DNA of 58,433 bases, filler included, from Basidioascus undulatus (taxonomy: Eukaryota), in NCBI GenBank assembly GCA_000826855.1. It is 3 parts of 3 records of this genome, joined end to end, with 100 filler letters (N's around TTAATTAATTAA, not from the genome) between each part and the next. Parts side by side here need not be neighbours in the genome. Positions count along the whole stretch, not along the records: positions 19,547 to 38,940 come from JTLS01000422.1; 2 more parts are not named here. One strand, given 5' to 3'. Under the pieces are notes generated by a model that was not told the origin of the DNA, ran no database searches, and saw only the letters and a program-made list of their open reading frames with translations. Shown here piece after piece: positions 24,478 through 38,940 of the stretch. Position 1 is the first letter of the stretch. The number at the start of each line of letters is the position of its first letter. Made by a program: the position numbers and the translations under genes.

Positions 24478-26227
24478 ATGTCGGATACCAAGGACCAAAA
24501 ACTCGCACTGGCGGTGATCGACTGGCTGCGGTCCAAGCAGCCCCAGCTCGGCGAGGAGGAGCGCGAAAGCTTGGACGTCGCGAGCCAGTGCATCGCCGAC
24601 GCCTTGTACGTCGATCAGCGCTCGCTCCCATCGGCAGGACACGCGGGGGCGGTGACCTGATAAGGATGGTGGACGATGGGAACAGCAAGGTGGACGCGGA
24701 CGATGCGCAAACGCGGGAACGCCTCGGCGTTGGAAAGGCCAGTCTGCAGAGCATCTTCGACGTCTTCGTCAAGACGCAGGAAAAGGTCAAGGTTTGCTTC
24801 TTCTTTGATCTCCTCTGCATTGAAGCACGCCTCCTCATATATATATTCCTTTGATCTGCTCCAGACGTCTCCCGCCCAGACCCCTGCTGTCACCACCTCC
24901 GCTCAGCCGCCGTCCACTTCGACCTCGCCCGTCCCATCTGCCGACGACCGTCAGAAGGCGGACGCCCTCAAGAACGAGGGCAACGCGCTCATGTCGTCCA
25001 AGCAATACGGCCCGGCGATTGACAAGTACACCCAGGCGATCGAGCTGGACCCCGAGAACAAGGTCTACTACTCGTACGCCCTCGTTCGCTCCATCGGTGG
25101 GACATCGGGGACGCATGAGCTGACCAGGTAGATGGCTGCACACATCGAAGGAACCGCGCGGCTGCGTACTCCCAGGCAGGCGAGTATGACAATGCGGTCG
25201 CGGATGCACAGAAGGCCATCTCAATCGACCCCGCCTTCGCCCGTGCCTACTCTCGTCTCGGGTGCGTCCAGGCTGTGACCAGACTTTACCCCGCGTGCAG
25301 CCGAAGCTGATGCGCCTTGATCACACAGTCATGCCTACTACTCGTCCGGGAGGTACAGCGACGCCGTGAACGCGTACCAAGACGGGCTCAAGCACGACCC
25401 GACCAACGCATCCATGAAGTCCTCCCTCGCGACCGCGCAGTCGCGCCTTCCCTCCGACCCGCGAGACACGCGCTCGGCCGCCGCAGCTTCCCCTGCAGCG
25501 GGCGGTACAGGCGGTGCAGGTGGCGGGCCTGACTTGGCTTCGCTCGCGAGCATGCTTGGCGGCGGCGGCGGTGCAGGCGGCGCGGGTGGGGGCATGCCGG
25601 ATCTCAGCCAGCTGGCGGGCATGTTCGGCGGCGGCGGCGGCGCTGGCCGCGGTGGCGGTGGCGGTGGCATGCCAGACTTGGTGCGTTCTTGTCTTATGCG
25701 ATACGATCATGGACCGCCTCTTGCTGACCACGACGTGCACGTACCAGGGCTCGCTTCTCAACAACCCGATGATGATGCAGATGTGAGTTTGTGCTTACTA
25801 TGCTCATTTTGATCTCTCGCTGAACATCGATCGCGTATAGGGCGCAGCAAATGATGGCGAACGGCGGGCTGGACCGTGTATGCGCCGTCGCTTCCGAGCG
25901 CTCTAGATTCTCGCCAGCATGCTGACTCTCGCATTGTTGCAGATGATGCAAAACCCGGCGATGCAGCAGATCGTACGATTAATTCTTCGTCTCCTAAAGC
26001 ATCATCTGATGCTAACGCTCGACGCTTGACCTGTAGGCTGCCCGCATGCAGTCCGGCGGCGGTATGCCGAGCATGGAGGAGCTCGCGTCTGACCCCGAGA
26101 TGCGCAGGATGTTAGTCTCAATCGCCTTCTCTTGATATTGCGTCGCGGCTGATCCTGCTTTGTGTCTCGTCGCTTGCATAGGGCCGAGCAGTTCTCCAGG
26201 TCCATGGGCGGCGGCGGCAACCCCTGA
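24478..26227 (+). CDS. SGT2: SGT2/SGTA TPR co-chaperone (GET pathway)
   Basis: Dimerisation domain (ESLDVASQCIADAF), TPRs (ADALKNEGNALM...YTQAIELDP...NRAAAY...AYSRLG), Gly-rich linker, STI1/DP repeats (LLNNPMMMQM, MMQNPAMQQ). Confidence 0.95.
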
Positions 26228-27315
26228 AGAAGGGAGCTTGCGACAATGGGAGCTCGAGGGAGATGACGTGATGGTTGTGAGGGACGTGGAGGTTCAGATT
26301 TTTGTTTACGAATCGGCAACGAACTTGCTTGTTTCAATTGTCTTCCTTTCTGGCGGTGCATGGCTGCAAAGTGTACGAGTGCACAATCCAAGTTGCACTT
26401 GTAGGCTTATTGGGGTGAACGTTGCGACAGGGTCATTCACACCATCGGCCACTCTCGACATCATCGAGACATGGTTAACTGCGGTGTTGACGCTGACTCC
26501 TGTACGATGGCCGAAGACCCGCGTGCATTATCCGCTGCGCAGCTGCGGTGTTCTATTTGTCACATTGCGAAAAAGACATTGCGACCCATGTAGCAGGCAA
26601 AGTAACGTTTGCGGCAAGCTGGGTGCCGAACGGCCCGAATGCCGGTTGTCGGGAAGGTCGAAAACATTCACGTCGTTTGCTGGGACATGACAGAAGAGGG
26701 CTGAGTATAGTTACCAGGTTAACAGCCCCTCGGACAAGAACGAGGATAAAGTGGGCGACGGAGGGCAGCCTGGACATTCACTTCAATTCTTCGAGGACGC
26801 CGCGTTTCTGGGATACCGTTGGATGCCGTTAGATACCGAGTGTCCCTTTTCCTGATATGCCCCGTTTATCTGCTTGACATATATTTCCACCTGTCACGCC
26901 TTTACAGCCGTAGCCACGGTGCGGAGAGCAAGGCCGTCAGGACGGTCCGACTCCCAACACATCCTCCTTTGCTGTGCTCATTACAGTACCAGACGACCCC
27001 CTTCGTCTGCGGAATCCTTCGAGGTATGTACTTAGTCCCCGTCCGCAGAATACCTACATCAAAGTATCTTTTGCAGGGGCGTCACACGGCCGCGACCCTG
27101 CCCCAGTTGTCAAAATAGACGACTTTGGTATAGCCCAAGCGCAGTGTCGTCGTCATCCTCACACCGGTGCGCTCCACACCACACACCAGGCCTCAAAACG
27201 ATCGGTGTTCTGGAAAGCTACCTTTCCCACTTTCATCATCTCAACATATCCATCTCGCGCACCATCCATTACCCAAACCTCGTCTACCACCATCAAAAAG
27301 CCCGAGCGACCAAAC

Positions 27316-27851
27316 ATGATCCCCACCCTGCCCCGACTTCGTCCTGTCGCAACCGGTCCCGGCAGCGTGACCTCGAGGACACAGCGGGTCATATCGCACC
27401 TCCGATCTCACCCCGAGGCATGTGCTGCTCTAGAGCTCTTTCATATGGAACGTGTCTAACCTTCAACCCTCAGGTCATCCCCGTTCTTGCGCTACCCGTG
27501 GGAGGACTTCTTTGGGCCGGCTACAGCTGGATTAGGTCTCTCGAAGCGCCTGATGTCGTTCTCGAGCACCATTCGAACCCATATCCTTGGCAAAAGGTCA
27601 AGAGCAACGTACCCACCGAGGAGGATGGTGGGCATTCTTCCCCAATCAGAAGTACGAGCTATGCGTCTGACGGGCGGACACGCCTCTGCAGTGGTCAAGG
27701 GTCGTGCAGGGAAGGAAGCATGAGGAGGATTAATGTCGGAGGGAGCATTGCTGTAGATCTGACGTCTCGTACGACTATTTTTGAAGACGTAATGATATGG
27801 CTCGGCGTGTCGTGTTGTACAAGGAACGGGGGTCAGTATGGGGAATGGTAG
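27316..27851 (+). CDS. NDUFA4/COXFA4 (MLRQ/B12D)-like small mitochondrial membrane protein; 3' end uncertain
   Basis: Spliced HLRSHPE|VIPVLALPVGGLLWAGYSWIRSLEAPDVVLEHHSNPYPWQKV fits the family pattern HPE-hydrophobic helix-PDV...NPxPW. It needs intron 27418-27473. Confidence 0.75.
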
Positions 27852-28423
27852 CCTTGTTCGTCTGTGTGTGGGACCCGGTCCCTGCCTGTGCACGGAAAAC
27901 TCGAAAGGTGCATGACGTACTACATACCTTGGGACGGAGGCTGTGTACAGCTGCGTGGCAAGGTGGAAGGCAGTACGCAAGCGTACGCCATGAAGGCCGG
28001 CTCTCTGCTGCGTGCGCAGACTGCACAACCTGCAACGTGACCGCACCATGACAGTAGTAACAGATGACTGGTCTGCCCCTCCCCAACTTGCTAATATCTC
28101 GCTCAGGTGCTACGTGGACTTCTCAGCTGACCTACAGCCGCAGAGAAGCCATCCCGCTTCCACATATTACTGCCAGTCAAGAAGGCCACGGCATGGGAGA
28201 AACGGTCCTCTCCCATTCTCTGAGTATCTACTGCTCTTCTTATTGTAATATAAATTTGGGAATGGAGGGGGAAGCCAAGAACAGCGCTCCTCTTGCGATT
28301 GCAGTCCCGGTCAGCAAGCATGATGAACCACGCGTGTATGATACGGTCCCACTATTACTGACATCTAGGAACCCCGGGAAATCGTCTGTTCCAATACGCC
28401 TGCACTGTCCAAGTCGCAACACC

Positions 28424-30303
28424 TCAAACGGCCTCCGGAACGTGTTCTGTTCCGCGGCTACCCCTCCACGTCTCCGGGCCGGTTCGGTTTTTTGTACGCT
28501 GCCCAGCAATGCGCCTCGTGAACCACTGTCGAGGTATAACGTTGCGTCAGATATACACGGTGTCTTCAAAGTGTGAAGTGATCAGATGGAGGTCCTCAGC
28601 ACATACCTGACGGCTGGTGGTCCCGGGCGGAACCTTGAACGTCGCTGACTTGTATGCCTCCTTGACGACTGGGCTGTCGAGCGGCTCGAGAATGCTGTCG
28701 AAAGCAGGACGGCTGGGGAAATATACCAAGAGGCATGGTACGAGGGGCCAATGTTGTCATTAACGGAACCGTGACATGTGGCTTAAGGCAGATTACGTGA
28801 AGTAAACGCAAGAGAAGCGCGGGTACTTGCCCTGCTCGCCGGGCGGAGGGACGACACGGTGAAGGTTCGAGCGACTGATAGGTTATAGTACACCGCTATT
28901 AGCGTCCTCAATCTTGAACCGGGGTTTAGTGAAAGTATGAGCGTACAGCAGTCCGCCTGAGTAAATGGCCATGGCGTCGCCTGAAACGCGACTTCTGATC
29001 AGCTATCAACTTTCCAAAGTGCATGACGGCCCCCATAAGGAGAAAACGCACCAAGGTTGCACACTGCATGGCCCTCGATGGGCTTTTGACAATCCGAAGC
29101 GCGCATCTGGTCAGACCAAAGGCGGAGCGTTGTCTAAAGTAGGAAGTCACACCTTGATGTATTGCCATTTGTCAGTCCCCGGAGGAAGAACCTGAAGTCC
29201 ACCAGTCATGTTGCTGTGTAGGAAGCTCTGTGTGCGCCCCGCACTCCTTTAGTCTTTGGGTTTGATATTTAAAACCCAGCTTACGAAAGTGCCCTGTGCG
29301 CAGCCGAAAATCGTCAGTCTGCGGAAAGTCAATGTGGACCACAACTGGAATTGGCAGGCTTACAAAGTCCGTGTGCGCCCCGATTGCAGCCTTCTCGAGT
29401 GCCGCGGCGAGATCTTTGGGCGGCGGGTTCCGGATCACACGCAGCTCGGATGGCGACGGCTCAGACCCGTGCTTGTCGATTACGGCGCTCTCAGGCAGTC
29501 CAAGACGAACGGTGAGAGAACGGAGAATTGTACTGTAGAAAATAAACATCAGGCTTTACATGGGGACCGAGGGGATAGAAAGGAGTGGTAACATACAGTG
29601 ACACGTCGCGTGAAGCCGCGACGAAAGACGCGATGTCAGGCATGCGATTTTCGACGGCCTGAATGGAACATATAGAGGACGTATGTAAGTACTGCGCTGT
29701 AGTTGCGGAAGAAGGGACATACAGAGGGGTATGTGCGGTGGGCGACCTCGGGATACGACAGAGCGTCGTCCTTGCTAACGTTGATGAATTCAGGAGTGTC
29801 TACTCAGTGTCTTCGCCGTCAGACTTCGTGGTTCCTAGAATAGGATAGTTCCTCTCACCGAGATTTCCGAATTCGTCTGTCATGCAGGCGCCCGAAGCTT
29901 TGTACCTGTGCATCGGATCCCAGCGTCAGACAATGTCGTTAACCTGATCCAAGAAGACGTTCTATTCACCCAAAGCTTGAGCCCGAATCACCCTGCTCAT
30001 ACTTCATCTTCTCCTTGAGCGGAAGTTGGAAACATTCAGAGCCCATTTCGAACATAGGGTCGGGGTCGACTCCGTGGTTCTGCATTGAAGCCGTGGATGA
30101 GCAATCGCGCTTGCAAGTGGGGGTCTTCGCCCGAGACTCACCTTGAGGTAGAAGAACCCAAGATTCTTGCATGCCTCGAACAGCTTGTCGATCTCCGACT
30201 CGTTCCTCGCGGCGATGAGCTCGTAGTCCACCACAAGCAATGGGTGAGTGGCGATGTCCTTTGGGAAGGGCACAGGCGGACGGTGCGTGGTCGGAACAGG
30301 CAT
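28424..30303 (-). CDS. 2-oxoglutarate/Fe(II) dioxygenase (IPNS/DIOX_N family), multi-exon
   Basis: HPLLVVDY...LFEACKNLGFFYLK|NHGVD, IGAHTDF (HxD), GGLQV, SNLHRVVPP, RFSCVYF (RxS). Confidence 0.92.
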
Positions 30304-32295
30304 GGTGAATGGTGAGTGTGTGGATGCGTTATAGATCGAACGGAAGCAGATGATCGGGTAGCAGTGGGGCGGAACTGATGGTTGTGATGAAGGAAGAGTG
30401 GTCCTCTCGCAGCTCCTCTCTTATAGCTGTGGGTCATGCGTACGTCAGGATTCATTTCCGTGTGATTCAGTTCGAAGAACGCGACGGCCGCTGTGTGTTA
30501 TCGTATGCCAACTAATGAGGCAGGCGCGACCAACGCAGCTGACTGCCGAGACAGAAAGACAGCAAACATGTGACCGCAAACGCCGGTCAGCGTTTTCCGA
30601 ACACCTGCTTCGGAGTAATAATCGGATACCGTGGTTTATTAAAGCTCATTTAACATTATTGTAAGTCATAAATGAAGGCCTGCAGGAGCTGTGACGATGT
30701 AAAGCGCCTTGATCTCCGCTCCGCTGTCAGACTCGCGAGGTGTCTGGCGGCGAATGCAGCCTGAGCCAGATAGCGGTCGATGCCGCCCGAAAGGTTTACA
30801 GAACCAGAGAAGATTCATCCTATCGGAATTTATCGCAAGCATCGTACGAGGAAACGGTTTATGCTAGTACATCCGCTGCTTGCCACTGCCACGGAGAGCG
30901 GGAAGGACGGGGACTGCCAAGGACTGCGAAGGAGAGGCCATCTCGATGTGTATTATCCCCCTCACGCCCAGTTCAGGTAAAAAAATATTGCAGAAGAACC
31001 AAGCCAGAAACTGATGAGTCCGTCAGTTGCCGGGCTCGAAGCGGAGGGCAACGGACTACGATGTGGCCGTGATGGCTGTTCAGTCATATTTTCATCTCGC
31101 TGCCATATTCTCACCAACGGAGAGTCGAAATGGCTAAGCAGAGGCTGAAGCACTCCGGCAACTTAATTCATGTCAGGTTTCAATGTCAACTGAAGTCAAG
31201 CAAACCTGATCCTTGTGAGCTCCACAGTAGCAACGCGGCTGGGACTGAGTAGGCAACCGCGACTATCTGAGTCATACGGAGTCCGTGCTAGAGGTCCTGC
31301 TTGGCTTACGATTGGAGTTAAGACAAAATTAAACACAATTCCGATACATGCAAGAAGCATAAACATCGCCTCTAACGCTCAAAGGCTAGGGTGCAGCCTT
31401 GCGCCGCTACCTAAGTTGGGAGGAGACAGAGAGCACACGTTCAGGTCGCCGACTCGGACCTGGCCTTCATCAAACATCGGCAAACCTTTGAATCTTTACA
31501 CACGTGGTCTTTATGAAACGGTGGGACTACGTTGAACGCCGCGATGGTCAGTCTCTGCCAGAGGAATGGATGGATTGGACCTCGAGCTGGTCGAGACCAA
31601 TCGTGACCAGACTTGCGGCTGAGTGCGGATCAAGTCGAGGTGAATTCGGCAATGTATTGTCCAGAATCCGAAGAGTTGGAGAAAGTGAAAAGTAATGAAC
31701 GGAAGCAACAACGAGTGTTTAAGCTTTGAAAGGCAAATGCAAGAGCATGTCGCGTAGAAGGTGCGATTCATAGCCAGCGCCCGGGAGAACACTACGACTC
31801 GAAACGCAGGGTCTGCCCCAAGACCTGCTCAGCGTACCACAAGCTTAGGGGAGTTTGACATGGCTGCGTCCGGCGGCCCAAAGGGACAATGGAAGATGGT
31901 ACTAGTGTCGGCAGGACGTCAAGAACATTCTAATTTACGAGAAACGAAAGGACATGGGGAAGAGAAGAGGACAGAGAGGAAAACAAGACCAGAAGAGAGC
32001 GATGAGAAACGGAAGGCGCACGAGCGGAACCAAAAGTCGAGCGTCATTTGAGCGACAAAGAAGAAGAATGCGAAAGAGATAATTGGGAAGCGATAGAGGG
32101 GTATCGAGTGTGCGAGGTGATGGGGAGTGCAAGCCGGATGGGAGTGAAGGAGAAGGGGTGCAATCATAGCGGTCAGGCAACGTCATTCGTTCGGAAGACA
32201 AGACAATATGCAGCACGAATATGGGGAGGGATTGAGGGAGAGAGTGGGACGCGGAGTGCGGAGGTGGAGAGGGATGCGGACGTAAACGCCTCGCC

Positions 32296-34301
32296 TTATG
32301 CCGCGACGAGCGCGCCGGTGACCATGAGGAGCGCGGCGACGGCGAGCGACGTGGGAGCAGAGATGGCAAACGCGCCGGAGCCCGGCTTGGTGCCGGTGCC
32401 TTGCTCGCTGGGCGAAGTCGTGTTGGAGGCGGTCTCTGCAGAACGAGAACGAAAGGGAACAAGAGACCAGCCGTCAGCGCGTGCAGGGGACCGGATCCAA
32501 GCACGGCAGAAGATAAGTGCTACGCACCGATGTAGCCCTCGTGCTGCGGCTTGCCAAGACAGTCGATGACGCTCATGAGGTTGAGCTTGGGCGAGCGGTT
32601 GAGCGCGCCCGGAAGGACGTAAGCGACCGAGAGGTCGACCGCCTGCTGGTACAGGTCGTGCGCGAGCGCGATGAAGCCGGTGTCGAGCTGGTTGGCCGTG
32701 TCGAGGATTTGCTCGAACTTGGTGAGGGACCCCTGCGAGGTGACGTTCGCCTGCGGGTTCGCAATCTTCCAGTCGTTCGAGTCGAAGTTGCCTGAGCCGA
32801 CCCCAGCGGCCGAGGTCCAGATGATTGGGGTCAGGCTGCGCGGGTGCAGAAGTTCTGATCAGTACGGAAGCGGGGGTGCTCGGGCAAGTGTGCGATTTGA
32901 AACGCACCCCATCTGGTGAGAGATGGCACGAACGCGGTTGTCGATGTCACCGAAGGGAGGGCGCATCTGCCAGTAGATGAACGTTAATCGTGCCGTTCTC
33001 AAGCTCAAAAGGTATGGACCAGGGCGCACGGTGTTCGGGGTAATGCCGGTAATCTCCTTGAGCACCTTCTTGGTCCAGCCAAGCTCGGCGACAATCTGCT
33101 CGTTTGTGAGCTCCGTAAGGGCATGGTGCGACCAGGTGTGGACCGAAAGCTGGTGGCTGCGCGAGCGGAAAGACGTTCAAGTCAGCACGTTTGCAGCAGG
33201 ACGAAAGAATACGCACCCCTTCATGAGCTCCCAGCGAACGATGTCCTGGCGCGAGATAGCACGGGAGCCGATGATGAAGAACGTCGAGGTAAGGTTCTCC
33301 TGCGCGAGGTAGTTGAGGAGCGTCGGGGTGAAGGGCGCCGGGCCATCGTCGTAGCTGCGGCGGCTCAATGGCGTGAGCATGCGGAGCGAAAGAGCGCTGC
33401 GAGGGAACAAATGAACTCACGTCAAACCCCAGTCGTACTTGGTCGGGCACGAGACGATGTCCTGCTCGTCCTCGCAGCCACCGCAAGTCCACCAGCAGCG
33501 GGTCTTGTCCTTCGTAGCCTCAACGTTGGATGCGCAGCCGCTCGAGACGGTAGGCTTGAAGTCGGGGACCTGAGTCCAGTCGATCGCGTCGATCCACGCC
33601 TTGACTTCGGCCGAATCAATGGGAGGGATCCTGTCGAGCTCGGGGTAATCGACCGGACGCGCCGTCGAGGAGGGCAGCTCGACAGCCGACTCCCACGGCG
33701 GCGTGTGGCCAGCCCCGGTGTACGTCTCGGCGAGGGTCATCGTCGGGCCCGGGGTGGGCATGCACGGCGTGAGCGAGGCGAGCGGGATCTCGTTTTTGCC
33801 GGGGACGGCCGTCCATTGCGAGGGCGCGGAGGAAGGCGTGGACACGCACGCTGTGGCGGCGGCAATACCAGTCGCGCCGGTAGAGCCGGACGCGGCGCCG
33901 GTCGTGGTCGCGGTGCCAGTAGTCGCGGCAGACCCGGTAGAAGCTGAGAGAGCATAGATGGTTTGTCAATATTCAAGAACAAATGACAACAGGCGAGCGA
34001 CGCGGATTGAGAAGGGAGGCGGAGCAACAGCCATCTGTGCTTGTACAAGGCCCAAAGCGCCAGCGACACATAAAAGACATCCCCGCGACATTTCACGCCA
34101 ACAAGGACGACTCGCCCGCCTCGCGCTCAAGAGAGAAGACCGGTGTACGATCCACTCACCTGCACTCCTAGACGCGCTTGCGGTGCTGGCCGCGGAGGAC
34201 GAAGGAGCGGACGAGGCGGCTTGACGGCGGTGGTGGCCACCGTTATGCGCGAGCGCGGCGGGGACGGCGAGGGCGAGGGCGAGGGCGGACGAGAAGCGCA
34301 T
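32296..34301 (-). CDS. Secreted, GPI-anchored chitin deacetylase (CE4; Cryptococcus Cda/MP98-like)
   Basis: Signal peptide [21 protein letters not shown]-rich linker, [39 protein letters not shown], hydrophobic C-terminal GPI signal. Confidence 0.95.
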
Positions 34302-36970
34302 TGTCGCAGAGTATTGACGGGTACAGATCCACTGGATTCTGAGGTTTCGGCTGGAGAGGGTGTGTTGTGGCGCGCAGGCGGGCCAGTCACGGAATCGATA
34401 GAGGGGTGATTGCGAGGGGACTGGTAGACAGGGTTATGCCGACGGGCGGTGTGGGGCGCAATGCCAATATAGGAACGGAGAAACGGCGCCGAAGACGATT
34501 GCGATAGCGAGGAGCGCGTCCACGACGGCGAGCAAGGGCAGGGCGAGAACGACAGGGGGAGTGTTGGAAGTCGAAGACCAGGAGGGGCATGCTAGGGCAA
34601 AAGGCGCGGGCGCGCGGCCGTAGAACCGCATGCAGCGCACGACCCCACACGCCAAGCCAGGAAGCTTCTGATCCAACACGTCTGCCCCAGCGCACTTGTC
34701 CACCCAAATGAACTGGCGTTTCACTCTTTGAACAACGGCCGACAGATGGCAGGCGCCCGGAAATAGGACAGATTCTACAGCACATATATATCGGTGGAGG
34801 CGAGGGGGCGCTCCGAGGCGCGACGCTCTTTGTGAGGGTATGCTTGACTCCCGTTGTCGCTGTGCGCTGTGTCCTGGGCAACGCACGCTGGGAGAAAGAA
34901 GGATGGGAGAGCAGGATCTTGAAAGAAATTCCAAGGTCGAGAGGATCATAAGGTGACGGACGGATAGCTTGGCACCATCGTCAGGCCCCTCACCTCGCCC
35001 GACCAATCGACGAGCTCGTGGCTTCAAACTGCGGACAAGACCAACAAATCATCAGCGAGCCCATCTTTGCTCTTAACGTCATGCATATCATCCCCCTTAA
35101 TGGAAGGGTACTCCGTCAATACCTGTGGAATCTCATGCAGGCAGATCGGGGGTCGAGGCCGTCCAACTGTAGAAGGTGCAGATCTTGCCTCCTTGTCCCT
35201 TATCGTCAAGCGACGACCAGGTATATCCACTGCCTGAGGCCGAAATGATGAATACTGGAGAGGTATACGAAATCCACAATGTGAGAGCGACGATAATGTG
35301 ACCCATTAACAACCATTGCCCGTGCGCATCCTGCAATCAACGGCGCAACCCTCCCGCAGCCGATCTACACAGCACTCTCCGCTCCACCCTGGCGCTGCGG
35401 GTCTCGACGGCTTGCACACCAGTTGCTATACAGCTGCATATTGCGCTTACTCAATGTCGCTAATGCATCGAAGGACTGAAGTGTCCTGCCTGCAGTGGGT
35501 ATAAAAGACTGCGAACAGCCTGGGTCCAGTAGGCTATACCTCGCGTCCTTGTGCCGCCATAACAAACTGTGCTTTGTTGCCTCTGGAAAGTCAGAATCTT
35601 CACATCAACAGCCCCATGCATTGGCTGGAAGGCCCAACCTACGAACGTCGCGGTGCCCCGTCATGGCAGCAGGTGTGTCGCTGCATTCGCAAGCTGACAT
35701 TCATGTCCCGCTCGCGCTTCCTCCGCATGATTTTCACCTCCAGGTATATTTGGTTTGAGTTCTTTTGAGAAGAAAAAGATAAGACAGATTCTTCTTCTTG
35801 CTCTCCTCTTTCGTTTAGCGCTTGTTTGAACCCCCCCCCCTTTCCCCACCCGGCGTGAACCGTGCACCCCGTCGGAACACAAGCGGTACGCAGCGCGCCG
35901 TCCGCATCTCCACCTCATGTGCTATTATCGAAGCTCCTTACGAATGCAGGATGGAAATGCGAACAAAGTATCCGTGCCCTTGTCGTATCTGAGTATTCTC
36001 TTCAATGTAGCCTGAAGGGGTTGGGCTCAGACGCACCTCGTGCGTAGCTCAGGATCCTCTTCCATCGAGAGCCATGCTGCCTCGGCAAAGAAACACGGAC
36101 CTGCTGAATACTGGCGCGTTGCTCCTGTGTTTGCATATTCCCGGAGTGTTGGGTGAGGCTGCACAAATGGGCACCGTCCATGATCAGCCCAATTGCTCGT
36201 TTGTGACGAGTCCGTCGTGCAATAGCTGCATGGCAAGACAGGACTTTCTGTGTGCAAGCAGCCGCTTGACCTCGAACACTTCATGAGCTGCGTTCACAGA
36301 ACGGTAAGGAGGGAAATTTACTATCCTCCCCATCCAGCTCAGACAGCATGCACGATTCAGCAGACACGCGAGCGAGGGCGCCCCGCCCATCCCCCACACG
36401 CCTCGACGGTCTTCCTCGTTATGTCTGCGAGTCCCAAGAAGATGTCTTCTCGTTGAAACTGTAAATACTTTATTACGAAATCTTTCTGGGACTCCCAGGG
36501 AACCACCTTGGCGAGAAGGGTGAAACAAGGTCGCTGGGCGGTTCGCAGAAGTCTTACCTTAGCTTCACCTGCTTCGGTTGCAAAGCGAGGGTGAAGAGGC
36601 GTATACTTCGTATGTAAAATTTTGATTGGTTTGATTTTCCGAAATGGTTTGAGTTGATAGAAAGAGAGCTGCTGGCCAGGCTGTTGCTATGCTTCTTCCG
36701 TCGCCTTGATGGGAATCGTGCAAGGGCGGTGTGAGCATCGCCGTTAGAAGGTTGTTACAGTACGTTTCTGGAGGAGCTCTGAAAAGACATATTGAGGCTA
36801 CTTATTTTGACTGCTTGGTTTGAGGCATACCATTACGAAGTGTGTGATGACCCCGCCTTACACTCGGGTCAACGTGCTTCAACGTCACAAGTTCTGCAAG
36901 GTCTAGCTGCAAACGCATTTCATGCGGTCACCCGTGTATCTCAATACCGAGCAAGAATATATCAAAACAG

Positions 36971-38263
36971 CTACGAGCGCCTGGGATTACCCGCCGTGAG
37001 CTTCGAGAATGCTCCGGTTTGCACGGGTATGCCGTCCAAAGCGAGCTCCACCTTGTCCAGGTCCCCCACCGTGTCGTCCCCTCCGCCTTGCACGTCCACC
37101 TGACGGCGCGAGGCAGGAATACCCAGGTCCTCCCGTAATAACGCGTCCATGACGTCCTGCAGCAGGACCGCGATGGCGTCCAGCCAGGCGAAGGCGGACT
37201 GCACGACATCCTCCGGAGATTCCCCAGCTTCCATCCATAGTTTGCATGCGGGCTTGATACCCTCGTCGGTCTCAGGCTTGGACAATCTGGACGATATCTA
37301 TCCGGGTCGGCATAGAGACTAGGTCGAGACGAGCGTATTTTTGTGCCTGGGGGAATGTCAACATGGTGCTCGTGTGCCCCCTACTCGCTAAAGGTGCAAT
37401 TCTTAACTGACCAGCATCGACAACGTCTCGCATGCGACCACCTGCTCCGAGCAAAGTAGAGTTTAGCCATATGAACTTCGAGACTCCCAACCCACCCGAG
37501 ACGTACGCATTGGTCGTTCAGCTTCATGCACTTTACGCCGTCATGGAAGATGGCGAATGTATTTATCGACTCTGGGGAGGTAGGAGCTCGAGACGAAAAG
37601 GGTCTCCATAGTAACGTTTTCCGACAAGGCACACTCGAGCGTGCGGATGTCCCACTGCGCGAGGTCGGGGTGGCCGGCAAGTGCGGTGAAGAGCAGAGCT
37701 CTCCGGTGGCTGGCGCGTGAATGCGCAGACGATCGATGCGAGGATGGCTCGGCGAAAGTATCCTGCCCATCATGATGTCGCTGGGCTAGGAAAAGGAGAT
37801 ATCAAGCACGAAGGCGGTGGTCTCGGGCGCGTCAATTGCGAGTCTGAGAGCACAGGCTGAGAACATGTCCATGAGCCGGCCCTGGTCGTCATCGCTGACG
37901 GAGGAAGACGAATGACTCTGCAAAGATATCACGTCGTTAAACTTAGAGAAGTCTACAGAAAGACAATCGAGATCCGGAAACTCACCGAGCACCAGCGCAG
38001 ATCTGTGCGAATGCAGAGAAGTTGTTCCACAGGCCGACACGAGGGTCGACGACGCCCCTGGCGAGCAGCGGCTGCGCCCAAGCGCGAAAGGTGCGGTTGA
38101 CCCGCGAAAGGTTGCGGAGAAGGTCTAGATGAACCGCAAACTCGTCTGGACGATGGTCCTCGAGCGGCGGGTTGAAGAGCGCGACAAAGTCGTCGTGGGT
38201 GTGCTTGACGATGAGATGCAGCAGGTCGAGGTGCAGCTTCGGAGACTGGGCAGCGAGCGACAT
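36971..38263 (-). CDS. Hypothetical protein with an F-box-like N-terminus, multi-exon
   Basis: PKLHLDLLHLIV...LLRNLSRVNRTFRAWAQPLL, followed by a GTGAGT donor and further open exons ending ...GNPRRS*. Confidence 0.55.
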
Positions 38264-38940
38264 TCTTCAAGGAGTTGAAGGGGGGCGGAGACTGGGAAAG
38301 TGGGAGATTGTTCAAAGGCGGGGGAAAAACAAGGTTGATGTAGGCGGCCAAGCTGTGGCGAGTCGTCGAAGATGTTCGAGGAAGGCTGGCAGACTGAGAC
38401 CCGCAGACTGAGACAGCTTGCCGTTCGCGGATCTGACACATTCCTATTGAAGTCAGGTCCAGTTTGTTTCAAAATTTGGCCGGATAAGTTTTACTGTTTT
38501 GCTGTTCTTAGATCAGATAAACAGTTTGGCTCTTGCGTGTCTGCCGGTCGCTTTTCTGCCGGTCGAACAGACATGCTCACGCTTGAGGGTGGATGGACTC
38601 CCAACCCAGGTCCCAGTGCACGCAGCCTTATCAGTGCAGCCTGAATAACCCGCAGCCTTCATGGATGGCTCTTGGTCAATACATTGCCGTACGCAGTCCA
38701 CTTCGGGGTACATACAAGCTGCAAGCTAGCAAGGCGTGCACGCAGCCTGTCAACTACCATCCGCCATTGCGCGCGGACCGCTTTCATAGTAATTGCGCCC
38801 ATCGTTCGCTGCTGCATACACTCTGTATCCGACCCTTTCCTCGCTATCGTTTCGAGAATCATTGACGTAGCGCATACCGTACGTCGACGCGCCTGCAGTG
38901 CTCTGATCCCTTCCCCCCCCTCCCCCCCCCCCCCCCCCCC

